A stretch of 64,000 nucleotides of DNA from Balanoglossus misakiensis (taxonomy: Eukaryota; Animalia; Hemichordata). This document shows positions 24,300 to 37,408 of this stretch, in pieces; the stretch's first letter is position 1, and each line of letters starts with the position of its first letter. Position numbers and translations under genes: made by a program. The stretch covers positions 2,408,438-2,472,437 of the forward strand of contig CM082592.2 in the NCBI GenBank assembly GCA_040954595.2, in the 5' to 3' direction. The notes below the pieces were generated by a model. That model saw only the letters and a list, made by a program, of their open reading frames with translations. It was not told the origin of the DNA and did not search any database.

Positions 24300-26525
24300 C
24301 CACAGATTTATCACACAGATACCCCAGGATGAAGACCAGAAGAACCAGAACACCAAGAAGAAGACGAAGAAAAACACAGTTTTAATTTCGGTATGTGTTA
24401 TTCCATGTAATTAATGCAAAATTATTTTAAAATATACTAACCATTTTTTCCCTTTGCTTCTTTCAACAGATACCCCTGGATGAAGACCAGAAGGCCAAGG
24501 AGAAGACGAAGAAAAACCCAGCGTTAATTATGGTATGTGTTTATCCATGTATAATATGCAAAATTATTTTAATATATTCTAACCATTTTTCCCCTTTGAT
24601 TCCTTCAACAGATACCCCCGGATGAAGACCAGAAGACGAAGACCAGAAGGCCAAGGAGAAGACGAAGAAAAACCCAGCGTTAATTATGGTATGTGTTTAT
24701 CCATGTATAATATGCAAAATTATTTTAATATATTCTAACCATTTTTCCCCTTTGATTCCTTCAACAGATACCCCCGGATGAAGACCAGAAGACGAAGACC
24801 AGAAGGCCAAGGAGAAGACGAAGAAAAACCCAGCGTTAATTATGGTATGTGTTTATCCATGTATAATATGCAAAATTATTTTAAAATATTCTAACCATTT
24901 TTCCCCTTTGATTCCTTCAACAGATACCCCCGGATGAAGACCAGAAGACGAAGACCAGAAGGCCAAGGAGAAGACGAAGAAAAACCCAGCGTTAATTATG
25001 GTATGTGTTTATCCATGTATAATATGCAAAATTATTTTAATATATTCTAACCATTTTTCCCCTTTGATTCCTTCAACAGATACCCCCGGATGAAGACCAG
25101 AAGACGAAGACCAGAAGGCCAAGGAGAAGACGAAGAAAAACCCAGCGTTAATTATGGTATGTGTTTATCCATGTATAATATGCAAAATTATTTTAATATA
25201 TTCTAACCATTTTTCCCCTTTGATTCCTTCAACAGATACCCCCGGATGAAGACCAGAAGACGAAGACCAGAAGGCCAAGGAGAAGACGAAGAAAAACCCA
25301 GCGTTAATTATGGTATGTGTTTATCCATGTATAATATGCAAAATTATTTTAATATATTCTAACCATTTTTCCCCTTTGATTCCTTCAACAGATACCCCCG
25401 GATGAAGACCAGAAGACGAAGACCAGAAGGCCAAGGAGAAGACGAAGAAAAACCCAGCGTTAATTATGGTATGTGTTTATCCATGTATAATATGCAAAAT
25501 TATTTTAAAATATTCTAACCATTTTTCCCCTTTGATTCCTTCAACAGATACCCCCGGATGAAGACCAGAAGACGAAGACCAGAAGGCCAAGGAGAAGACG
25601 AAGAAAAACCCAGCGTTAATTATGGTATGTGTTTATCCATGTATAATATGCAAAATTATTTTAATATATTCTAACCATTTTTCCCCTTTGATTCCTTCAA
25701 CAGATACCCCCGGATGAAGACCAGAAGACGAAGACCAGAAGGCCATGGAGAAGACGAAGAAAAACCCAGCGTTAATTATGGTATGTGTTTATCCATGTAT
25801 AATATGCAAAATTATTTTAAAATATTCTAACCATTTTTCCCCTTTGATTCCTTCAACAGATACCCCCGGATGAAGACCAGAAGACGAAGACCAGAAGGCC
25901 AAGGAGAAGACGAAGAAAAACCCAGCGTTAATTATGGTATGTGTTTATCCATGTATAATATGCAAAATTATTTTAATATATTCTAACCATTTTTCCCCTT
26001 TGATTCCTTCAACAGATACCCCCGGATGAAGACCAGAAGACCAAGGAGAAGACGAAGACCAGAAGACCAAGGAGAAGACGAAGACCAGAAGACCAAGGAG
26101 AAGACGAAAAAAAAACAAGCGTTAATTACGGTATGTGTTAATCCATGTATTAAATGCAAAATTATTTTAAAATATTCTAACCATTTTTCCCCTTTGATTC
26201 CTTCAACAGATACCCACGGATGAAGACCAGAAGACGAAGACCAGAAGACCAAGACGAAGACCAGAAGACCAAGGAGAAGACGAAGACCAGAAGACCAAGG
26301 AGAAGCCGAAGAAAAACCCAGCGTTAATTACGGTATGTGTTAATCCATGTACTAAATGCAAAATTATTTTAAAATATTCTAACCATTTTTCCCCTTTGAT
26401 TTCTTCAACAGATACCCCAGGATGAAGACCAGAAGACGAAGACCAGAAGACCAAGACGAAGACCAGAAGACGAAGGAGACCAAGGAGAAGATGAAGAAAA
26501 ACCCAGCGTTAATTTCGGTATGTGT
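24300..26525 (+). repeat. 156-bp tandem repeat (~14 units), each an exon-like 77 nt plus an intron-like 79 nt
   Basis: Acceptor-like CAG recurs at 24611, 24767, 24923 ... (156-bp period). Unit: TTCTAAC-pyrimidine tract-CAACAG | ATACCCCCGGATGAAGACC...AATTATG | GTATGT. Confidence 0.95.
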
Positions 26526-27729
26526 TATTCCAATAATTTCTTTCATGCACTTTACTAACATTCTATTTCTATCTGTTTATCTCTACAGATCACACAAGAC
26601 CTGGACCTGGATGCGCACAGGGGCAGAGATTTGGGGGTATTGGGCCCTTCCCTGGGTAAGAACGAATTGTTTGATTTACTGTTTAAATTTCAGTTTGCAA
26701 ACTGAGTTGTGGGACTCCTTCCTTTAGATAGGGACACACGGCCTTGTAATGGGATTCTGGGGGCAGGCCCTTTTAGAGTAGGTGCCGTCATAGTGGGTAG
26801 CTTCACGTGCTGACGGTGTAATCTAAACATTGGAAAAATGTGTTTTTCCAATGTTTGGAGACTAAACCCACTTCCCCAAAAATGTAAGCTGTCCTTTGAG
26901 AACCAAGTTCAAGAACACAGTGAGATGTCTCCAGGAATGAAGTCCATGGTGTTAGAAGATCTTGCCTGGCAGTGTGTTCTGGATCATGAGATTATTGGGC
27001 ATGGCAGCTTAACCAGTGATCAGGTAAATGATTGTACAGTGTTGCATTTCCCTGTCATGATGTTATATATGCATATTTGTGACATCTTTTTAAGACAACT
27101 AGATGATGTAAATCAAAATTTAGCATTTTTAGAAGATGTCTAACTGTAGTAAGCCAAACACCAGTAAGAACTAAAATATCTCCACTGGAAAACACTGTTT
27201 GACCAGCCTTTTGATTGAAAACCAAAGGAGACGTGTTCCTGTAGCAAATGGTTTCTAGGGAGAAATTTGAAAAGCAATGACTGTTCCAGATTTTTTTTTT
27301 TTTTTTGCTGGCTTTAGTTGATTTTGTGGCTTGAATGTTTTGCAGGGTGGTGTGCAATTGGAGGAGAGAACTTGTTCAACATGAAGACCTCTGGAGAAGT
27401 TGTCTGTCCATCATGATGTTTCTGGAGCAAGACACTTGGAAAATAGGTCAGTCGTTGAAGTATCATCTAGAAAGGTAGTCGCTACCATTCAAATTAATGT
27501 CCTGATAGCCACGAAAGTTATTCTTTCAATTTTTCTAATGACCTTCTTTGAAAAAAGGAGAAAAAAATATAGGGTCCCCATGCACAATGTTCCAGAAAAT
27601 GGTACCAAAACCACCCAATTCAACAAAAATTGGGATATTTTGAAAATTAGGAGTTTTCTTCAGAAATCCAATGTTTAGAAATCAGCTATGTTAACACCTT
27701 TCCATTAATATAGTGATACGTCAAATCAA

Positions 27730-28740
27730 TGCAACTATAGGGCCATAGCACTATCGAGCTGTTTATCAAAATTATGTAAGGTCAATTTTCAATACACAGT
27801 TAATCAGCTACCTAGACATTAACAGGCTTATTACACCATTTTGGTTCAGGTTCAGAAAGAACACGAGAACATCATATTCTATGTTTGTTCCCAACACTGC
27901 AATAAACAAATGTGTCTAAACTGAAAGGAAAAAGAGAGGAAGTTATTTATACTCTGCTTTTGTTGACTTGAGATAGGCTTCTGATTGTGTTTTGAAGAAG
28001 GATTTATTTTTGAAGTTGGTAAATTTTATCAGTCATTAATTAAAACAAGGTAGGAAAATGTTAATTACACAGTTGTCAAAGAGCTTTGAGACATCTTGTG
28101 GAGCTCAGCAGGGATGTAATTTGTCTGCTTCATTTAAAAAAAATTCTAAATGATTGCACTGATATTTTGGGGGAAGCATCTGATTTTCTAGTCAAACTGG
28201 ATAGTGTCAAGTTAAAACTGTATTATTTATGCAGATCGATGATTTATTGCTAATTTTAGAATCTACAAAAGGGCTTCAAAACTGTGAAAGCAAACTAGGT
28301 GTATACCGCCAACAATGGGAGCTCACAGTAAATGTCAAAACCAAATTTATGATTCTCAACAGGCCTAGGAATAGCAGAATGGTAAAAAAAACTGTGGCTT
28401 CAAAATTCATGGTGAAATGATCAGTCAAGCCAAACAATTTGGTGTATGCTTAATACTCCTAATGGCAAATTTAAGCAAAACCAGTTACACTTGAAAATGA
28501 AAGCAATGAAAGCACTATTTACTGTTAGACGTTCAATTCTGTATGCTCCTCGTGCTGGTATTAGGAGTGAATAAGGTAGATTTCTAATCTGAATGAAAAT
28601 GTTGAAATTCAGTACCCATAATGTAGAATTATGGGTACTTGTCATCAGCAAAAAGAATTCAAATTATTTGATGTAAAATCTGGGTCACTGATGTTCAAGA
28701 GTATAAAAATTAAGTTAGAAAAAGACTTATGTAGAATCTT
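27730..28740 (+). pseudogene. Degraded non-LTR retrotransposon reverse transcriptase (RTE-X/L2/CR1-like)
   Basis: Fragmentary motifs in expected order: NYRAIALSSCLSK, FVDLR*ASDCV (FVDFxKAFD), GAQQGCNLS, a frameshifted YADD, and GLQNCESKLGVYRQQWELTVNVKTK. Many stops and frameshifts. Confidence 0.85.
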
Positions 28741-29133
28741 GGAAAATTTCTACATAATGTTGCAATTTTCAAAATAATTACTGAACTTTACAGCACTCTC
28801 TGATCGTGCATGTTGTGTACTAAATAAAATATGAATTAAAGGCTAGAGCGCATAACAAGTTTTCCGCAAAACTCTGTAGGATAGTCCTGTTAAAATTTTC
28901 ACATCTTGAACTGCTTAAATACTGAAAAGCCAACGTTCATTGACTGCGCCCTCTGGAGGCCAGTCTCACGACCTCTGTTGACCTTGCAACAGGACAATAC
29001 GCGTCAGCTGGTTGTAAAATTGGCTCAGGTCAGGTCATTTGTTTGTGGAGTGTGTTGAACGCCTCCGATACATGGGGGACTGTTTTGCATTGATTTCCAT
29101 CATTCAAAATCTCTGGCGTAAATTGTCGGGACC

Positions 29134-31878
29134 ATGCTGAGTTTAAAAAGCCAAGATACGGGATCTCTTGGATGGAGATTGATGAACGCGTTCATGTGTG
29201 CACTGTTTGCTCTGTTTGCTTATGTACAGGTACGTGTTGGTCATTTCCGGGTTTGGACACATTGGACCACGCCACGCTCCCTTGGGCGTGTTTGTGCAAG
29301 ATTTCATAGACTGATAATAATTTTATATCAGTCTCGGCAGTGTCAAAAATAGAGCCACAAAATGTGTTATTCCTTAATACCATAGCCAAGTCCATCGCGT
29401 TACCAAGACCTGTCATATTGTAGATCCAAAATATTTTCCAATTATTATCAATGTGTTTTGTACATGTACATGTACTTTTGGAAGCCTTTCTAGTCCAGAG
29501 TGTGGTTAAATGTTTTATTTTATAGAAAACTTAATGTCCGTGTGAACTACACCTTTCAAGGTTAAATTAAGTTTGCAGGAGTATCAGATTCATGCAAATG
29601 ATGAAGAAAAAAAATAATTTAACAAATTTTCCAAATAGAGCGAGGTTTATGATGGAAATTGGTCAGTATGAGATCAAAGGCAGTATCTATCATGCTTGTT
29701 TGGACCAGTACTGGCCGAATCGGAGCAAATAAAATGTCAGTGATGCTTATATTTTTCTTTGTTTGCAGAAAAATGATCCTGACCCAGAGTTATGGATGGT
29801 GAGTAACCGTGGTAACCATCAAATGTTCTGACTGCAGGGTATTTTATTTATGATTCATCTCCAGTCTCTCTGCAAACAGAAATGACAGCTTAACTTACTG
29901 TTGGGTGAAGGAAAACCACTGACTTTACCCTTTCTGTCAAAACAGTGGATAGAAATTACCAAGCAACATATTAGACTTCTTGAAGTTAATTTTTTTCTAA
30001 ATTCTTAGTTTGTCATGGGAACACTGTAGCTGTTATCTTTGTCAAAAAGACATATGCTAGGTGCAGAAATTTCTGTTCATTTTCTGTGCCAGTCTTTGTG
30101 AAGTAGCACATTACTGGGGTGTGTCCAATGCGCCTTGCTTCCATCAATGGAACACACTCTAATATTAATTGTAGAAATATTTCTATGTGAAATAAGTTTT
30201 CCGTGTCAGAAAAGGTACTTTATGAAATTGAAAACTGTGCAAAAAATACTGAAAGATATGTTCTTTGTTTGTTTCAGGCTCTTTACAGTATACCTGCATT
30301 GTTGTGTCTGGCTGTAGCAGTGTCCAGTCATGTGACAGGTAAGTTGACTTTTTATGATGTAATTCAAACATTAAACAAAATGTTTAAGGCAGGAAAATAC
30401 AACCATGGATGTGAATCTTGAATTTTTATATTGAGACTTCTTCAAATTGTGAAACTGATATTTTTGTGCACAAACAGTTTAATTACCCACAATGCCTTAG
30501 ATATATTCATTGTTGTTCAGTTGACATTTTAGAAATGTCATTCTGTCACAGCAAGTTAGTCTTTAACCAAAGTTTCTGAATCCTCCATCACAGAGATGAA
30601 AGGTCAATGATTTTAATAGCTTCATGTACCACTGAGGTTAATGTGTGATGATTTTATATTTCCGCAAATCTCGTGTTTCTGGTTTAACTGTTGCGATTAA
30701 AGCAACCATAAATCGGACTACAAGACAAAACTAATTATTTCTTTGTTTTCTCTATGCAGATAATCCAATATGGCGGATAACCTGCACACTGCATGTCATT
30801 GCCATGGGTTTGCTGTCGCTGTATCTGACAAAGACGATAAAAGACAGCGAGACAGAAATGAAATTCTATGAAATGGAAGAAGCCAGGTAAGTTTAGTGTT
30901 TGATTTAAATGGTGAAAGCTGCAGTGATAAAAATTTACAGTTTTAATAAATGATGTCTACAATGTAGCCCTCACGAAATAAATTTTCAAAGCTTAGAGTC
31001 AATTTGAGAATTAAAAAATTCTCTGAGTCAGCCCTATACCTTTGCATGTAGTGTTGATAATTTTCTTGAGTCACCAGTGAGTTTGTTGGGTCAGTGGCGC
31101 CTCATATCAGCTTAGAGGGCACACTGATGCCCAGTAGAACAGAAACTGGGGGGTACTCAAAAATTGATATTTTTCATGTTTTGGCAATGGTGACAAATAT
31201 TTTGATTCTGATCAATTTCTACAATAAAATTAATAGCCACTGTTTTTATTTTTTATTCACAGAGAACTTGGTGGATTGGTTTTTGTTATGCTGTGGTTGA
31301 TCATCTGCGGAAATTCTTCAAGGTCAGTTTTGTCTCCAGATTTTTGTTGCAGTCTTAAATTATTCATAAATATACACAGGCTGTTGTCACACTTTTTTCT
31401 TTTGAGGATTTTTGTTCAAACAAATTAGAACACTTCCAGGACTAGATCGGTTTAAAGGTCTAGTGATGTGGTGTAATTTGAGGCACAATTTGTCACCTAA
31501 TCACTGTTACATGTACCATGGAAAATGCAAATACAGACAGTCACTGATTTTCAGTTAGTACGTGGCACATCCCCAAAAAGTGCCACGATGGCTATTAGAA
31601 TACTTATAGACACAACCTTCGGCCATGTAAAGTCATATGAAATTTTCATATTTATAATGGTTGCAATATTTTCAGGAACATCTCTTTACCACCCTTCATT
31701 GTTGTCATATTTTTTGTTCGCCAGGTTGCGTTTGAGTTTGACATATCTGACACTTGGTTGCGCTGTGCTGGCATCGGTTCCTATCTTGCTCTGGATAGGC
31801 GTGTACATCAACACGGAGTACAGAGAGAAAATGCCGGAACACTGTAAAACTGTCATGTATGCAGATAAGGACTCGTAG
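29134..31878 (+). CDS. TMEM220: Transmembrane protein 220, complete 6-exon gene, 175 aa
   Basis: Exons 29134-29229, 29769-29798, 30278-30338, 30760-30886, 31263-31322, 31725-31878 (528 nt, all GT-AG, in phase). Peptide WRLMNAFMCALFALFAYVQKNDPDPELWMALYSIPA...EEARELGGL...WIGVYINTEYREKMPEHCKTV matches TMEM220 motifs (VQxNDPD, EEGRELSGL, HCKTV). Confidence 0.95.
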
Positions 31879-32630
31879 TGGAAATCGAAGGACCAAGGAA
31901 AATGGCGTCCTGTCTAAGCTGGAACCTTGTAGATATATACCGTACTGAGACACTGGTGTTGACTGTGACATGCACATTGCTGTAATGTATTGCTTGGAAG
32001 CTCATGTTAGCCACAGACAACTTTGATATGGACATGCAGGTGAAAACAGTGATGCACTGCATTGTTCCAAATCTCCTGGACAATTCCTCGAACAATAGTG
32101 CTGCAGCGCATTGCCTATTGGCATAGCAACCTTAAATAACAAAGCATAGGGACTTCACCGTAGCAGTAGTGGCCAAGAGCAAAAGTGACATGGGGAAATA
32201 ATATTGTTCCGCTATCCTGATTTAATTAAATGAATCAAACTTTGGCTCAAACCTAAATCGTGGGTAGTTTTCATGAAAAGAATTCATGATCCTAGCATTC
32301 GGAGTGTTTGACACAGGCTCAAATTTAGCAGAAGTCACATGTCAACTGACTACCAATGCTCCTTACAGACTAATAAATTTTGCAAAATGGTGGTCACCGC
32401 TGACTACCAGTAGGTGGAGCCATTTTAACTGTCAACACTCTATTACTAGAAGGCATATATGTTGCTAAAAGTTTGTAGGAAAATTTTCCCTGTCAGAATT
32501 CCATTAATCAAATTTTCAGCCAATGTTTCATGATTTTATTTGTTTGTTTGGCAGAGTGCTTTCATTTCAATTTATAAAGTTGTGTTGTTGCTTTAGATAT
32601 CAATTGTTTTAGTATTCTGGACCGTAGTAA

Positions 32631-32894
32631 ATGACTTTCCTAGCTCAATTCAGACTTGGAATTTTGCCAGTACGATTCGAAACGGGCGGATTTGGTATAT
32701 TTTACACAGAGAATGCAATGGAAGACGAATTTCACTTTCTTTTACACTGTACTTTATATAATGGAAATTTATTTGATATTACCAGCAAGCATTTTCAAGA
32801 TTTTCAAGAATTGCCAGATACGGAGAAACTCAAACTCTTCCTCAATGACATGAGTCAAGGTACACCAAAACTTATTGCTAAATGGGTAACGTAA
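32631..32894 (+). pseudogene. 3' fragment of a LINE ORF2 (RTE-X-type C-terminus)
   Basis: LAQFRLGILPVRFETG...EDEFHFLLHCTLY is the typical zinc-knuckle C-terminus, with an internal deletion. Confidence 0.75.
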
Positions 32895-33691
32895 GTCCCT
32901 ACTTTACAAAGTACATGTACACTGACTGCCTATACCTTGTTTTGTCTTCAACAATTGTGTGAGTTCAGGTATTTTCAGAAACCTGTGTTAGTGTGTTTTT
33001 CCCTCTTATTTTTATGTATCCTGACTAGCAACTCGTATGAGAATGTATTTATTATTTACAGTGATGAATCAGCCCATTGTGGCTTGTCGTATTGCATTTA
33101 AGTCAATAAATAAATATCTATTTATTAAGTCAGTGATTGCGTGATTGAAATATTTTGTCAGTCTCCATGGGAAATATCTGCGCACCTTCAAAATGTATAC
33201 TTTAATTCTGTCATGTTGATAAAAAGTATGCAGATTCCAATTTGCTGTTCTGATAACTATTAGCTATATGCGTGCCTTTATTAATTATAGTCAAAAAGTT
33301 ATGGCTAGTTTGGAGGTATGAAGTATTTGAGCTCAGTAGCTGCTAAATGTCTGAACGTCAGCTATTCAGACAATCTAGCTCCACCCCCCACCTCCCCCAC
33401 CCCACCCCCACCCAAACTTCAGCTTATGATTAAAGGGACACTACGGTAGCTGTAACTGTTGGCTCTATTGACACTATTTTTGTTCTTGCACCAAATGCGA
33501 TATAGTTTTCTACTCCAAGAACCATCCTACCGGTAATATACCATACGGCACTAAGTACAGCTTTTGAGATTATAGCCTGTAGGTTACTGTGTGTAATGGC
33601 CACCGAAGCCAAAAAATATAAAACCTGATATCCTGCTTATACTTTCAAACAGATTTTTGATCATAGACTTTTCTTCTATCTCATCAGCAGA

Positions 33692-33935
33692 ATGTCTGTG
33701 AAAAGTTTCCTGAAGTTGTGTTGGACAGAGCACCCAGACGGCCCCCCTGACTGTTGGAGATACGTGATCGTCATCTGTAATATCGTTGTGACGTTATTCT
33801 GCATTGGTCTGAATTATGGCATGTGGATCTTGATTGAGGGACTGAGAGACTTTTTCAGAGAATATCATGCGGTGAGAGACGAGGTGGATACAAAATGGAT
33901 TGTTTATATCAGTATTTTCATGGTTGGTCTCACAG
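33692..33935 (+). CDS. SLC16/monocarboxylate-transporter-like (MFS) first coding exon; downstream MFS exons not found
   Basis: Acceptor CAG just before ATG, donor ACAG|GTATGT. Peptide PDGPPDCWRYVIVICNIVVTLFCIGLNYGMWILIEGLRDFF...TKWIVYISIFMVGLTG resembles the MCT PDGGWGW-TM1...TAWIGSI-TM2 pattern, though divergent. Confidence 0.65.
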
Positions 33936-35320
33936 GTATGTTGTGGTTGCATTCTAGTTTTCTGTCTCTTACCGGTACTTGGTGATTGACTGCTCATGCA
34001 ATGGCCTTACCGGAATCGCCCTTACTGCCGGGAAAAGCTGAATTTTTGGCTACATTAAATTTCAGTATTTTTGTTCTGTGTGCCAAAATTGGCAACTATG
34101 CGATTTCTTGTTCTATTCCAAACAGCATTCCTAAAAAATTAAACCCAGTACTCCACTTGTCAACATAGACTGTATGTGTGTAACTGCCATTGTTATTGTT
34201 GACAAATGAATTCTAGTCCGGATTAGAATGCAAATTTTGCACATAAGCAATCAGCTCACTTTATACTTATAATATATACCGGTAGGTTGTGTTTTAATAA
34301 GTTGGATACTGGGTATTTCATCATGTTTCAGGGATCTGAACAAGAAACTGCAGTATAAACACACACTTAAACATACTGTAGATATAGCCAAAAGTTGCAG
34401 CGAATGAAGGTTTAATTACCACAGCTTTTATTTTGGATCGTATGACACCATGAAATTATATAAGACATTCCAAACGCAATCAGCTCAAAGAAGATCACAC
34501 ATGAAAAATTAATCACTTTGTTGATAAAATCTCACCTTCAAATGGGTGATGTACAATAGAAATGATGAAATAAAATGACCCTGGAATTCTGCCGACTTGG
34601 CATGAGACATTTTCCTCCAATAAATTAAACACTCATCACTGTTTACATGTAACACAATTCAAGGCTCCTCAACGGAGAATTCAGTTCTGTTCATTTCAAT
34701 CACTCTTTATTCATCCCAAAAAGGGCAAGTAAATTGGCGGACAAAATGGACCCAAGAAGTCAATTTATAACAACCAAACCTGTACAAAATGAACAGGACT
34801 TAAAAAGTCAAGTCACGTTGCATACATGTGAAACCATTCAAAAGTAGAATTCAACAGCCGCACGGTGGATGAGATTCCTTTGAATTTGAATTTGAGTTCC
34901 TTTGACCGTTTGTCTTGTAAACTGGACAGCTTACGTTGCTGCCCATTCTCAGAAGGAAGAAATTACATTTTGATTAAGCTACTAGGATCTTCAGTTGCTG
35001 TAATGCCCTGTCTACACTACGGTTGGCTGCTTCGTTCATTCTACATGTAAGAATTGTCCAATTTCAAGGATTTGTGGATGAATGTAATGTTTTAAACAAA
35101 CAAACGACTAGACGACTGGTCCAAGCACAATCGAAATCGCATCTTTCAGGGTCTCCGTGAAATGAAATGAATTGAAGTGGCTTCGGGAACTGAACTGGGT
35201 TTTACACAAATGCTGGGCAAATACTGCCATTAACAACCACACTTCCTGTTTTTTTTATTTTGCAGTATGTTTATTTTATTTTTTATAATTATAAGAGGCA
35301 ACCTGAGATGCCGAGTGTTA

Positions 35321-36012
35321 GGGACTGTTCAGTTTTTACGGCAGGGCGGGGGGGGGGGGGGGTCGGCAAGTTTGAGTCATCGGTTTTCAAAATCAGGCCG
35401 ACCCCCCCCCCCCCTTCACTCAGCACCAAAAAATGATGACCCCACCCCCTTTGACAGACCCAAAAATATGATGACCCCCCCCCCACGCTGAAATCATTCG
35501 CCGTCCTGATCCTATGTACACTATATGCATTATAGGGAATGAGGGTTCCGACACCTCAATTCTAAATTTCTTAAAGTGATTGAAGTACATAATAGTATAT
35601 CGTTGCAATAAGAATGAATTATGAATAAATTAGAATGACAAGTCAATACAATAGTTGGCAGGCGGTAGGTTTTGAAGCAAAGCGGAAGAAATACGGCTAG
35701 GACTAGGCTAGTAGGATTGGTAAAACAAGAAAATTGGGGGGGGGGTGTGGGAGGGTGTGTCCCCCTCCCACACGAGAAAATTTTGTAAAATACGGTGCTC
35801 AAAGTTGCATTTGAATGAACTCAAAAGCAAATTAAGTAAATGTTAGGGAGGACAAATTTTACTTTTGCCAGTCAATGTTAGTGTCGGTGGGGGTGGGAAA
35901 GTGCTACTCCTTGGTACACTAGATGTGGTGAAGAACTAAGGGGGTGGGTGTGGGAGGGGGTGTCCCCCTCCCTCATAAGAAAATTTTGAAAAATAAAGGG
36001 CGCAAAACTGCA
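35321..36012. mobile_element. Harbinger-like MITE truncated on the right
   Basis: TTA-GGGACTGTTCAGTTTTTACGGC left terminus. The body is colinear with the complete copy at 55791-56567 but stops before the right TIR. Confidence 0.75.
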
Positions 36013-36184
36013 GTCACAAAATCAACAACAGCACCAACCAGAGTTTCTCAGGATTTTCATATTATAGGAAATTAGGAATATTGCAAGTGAAATTGATTGC
36101 GCCCCAACGTTGGCATCCAGTTCAATTTGATCTTGATTTTGAATGCCAATAATGATATAAATTTTCTGGGTTTTTTTATGACAG

Positions 36185-37408
36185 ACTGAGTTGATGCAGC
36201 TCATGAGTGACGGTTACAGTCAATGCAGTAGTAAAGCATATACATTAATAATAAGACGTATCAGACAAAAACCCAGGTATGTAGACATAAAAGTTCCAAT
36301 AGCTCTTACTGTGGGCTTGTCTTTCGTTATATATTTGTTTATATAAATCTGGAATGTCCTGTTTAACTTATTAAAATATTCATTATGCAGTTGTTACATA
36401 TGATATACATGTAAGTTGCGCGTAAAAATTACCGTACAATAAAATGTGGCTGTTGAACATTGGTCCCAACTTAACGACAATACACAATACGATAGAATTT
36501 TTACTCATTGACTTTCTGGCCTGATTTTCGCATTGTCTTGGAAGGGCATATGAAAAAGGCATATCGATTATTGGTACTCCACTTATTAGACTTTCTACTG
36601 TTTGTCAACAGCACTGCCAAGGAACTCCTGCCAGCCATCATTGATTGTCTGGATAGCAGTGACCATGCAGAGTGTCGTCAATGTGGCTCTCCAACATCTA
36701 CCTGAGTTTGCTCTGTTGTGCCAAGGTAAGGCCTATTATGATAGTCTGAATTAAGTTCCTAATAGCATTAAAATGGGCCATCCCAAGCAGAAAGCAGTCT
36801 TATGGGAGCGCGATACTTATGACCATAAGACCCCTTTCTGCTTGGGATGGTCCAAATGTTCCTGTTCTGAACCACTCTTGTGCTCACAGAAAGTGTCAGA
36901 ATTGAACCATTATGGCTGCCATTGGCCAACGTATCAAGCATTCTGATCAGTACCGTAAATAGAGACTTCTTTTGCAAGATTAATCAAAGTTTCATATAAC
37001 GAAGAATTTACATCATAAATGTAAAATGAATGTGAAACTAGTCTGTCATTTGAAATGTGTCATAAATTTGCACTGTTTTGATAGCAGTGATCATCTTGAC
37101 TTTCACATCATGCAACCAGAAACTTGATCAAATGAATTTTGCATACCTGGAATTTATATACTTGTTAGCACACTACAGCCAATGGTAGAATAGACAGTGT
37201 TGTGGCCAATAATTACAATTTTGAGTGTAAGTGGATATCTTGTCAATGCAGATCATCTGGACTTTTGTTTTGTTTCCTTTCAGAGTATGCAAATGTTTTA
37301 CTGCAGAAAGCATTCATCGTTGGAATTAACACCAAGCTTGACACGGCACCCATCATAGCAGAGACTCTGCAACTGTTGAATATGGAATCAGTCACAGTGT
37401 ATTCATAA
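36185..37408 (+). pseudogene. INTS1: Orphan duplicate of the last three exons of Integrator complex subunit 1, with a 4-nt frameshift
   Basis: Exons 36185-36276 (TELMQLMSDGYSQCSSKAYTLIIRRIRQKP), 36612-36725 (TAKELLPAIIDCLDSSD / SVVNVALQHLPEFALLCQ, frame break at ~36665), 37284-37408 (EYANVLLQKAFIVGINTKLDTAPIIAETLQLLNMESV). These match the INTS1 C-terminus as I recall it (VVQTALRNLPEYALLCQEHAAVLLHRAFLVG...ISEALRILHMEAV). No upstream INTS1 exons seen. Confidence 0.85.

Noticed and set aside
21719-24385. Long overlapping ORFs on both strands
   Set aside because: Produced by tandem repeats; frames break between units and there is no recognisable domain.
34720-35235. Further SLC16 exons
   Set aside because: Looks instead like a decayed minus-strand LINE tail, partly shared with ~41275-41390, with no MFS-like translation.
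36185-37408. Functional full-length INTS1 gene
   Set aside because: Internal frameshift and no upstream INTS1 exons seen in the preceding 36 kb, which is occupied by other genes.
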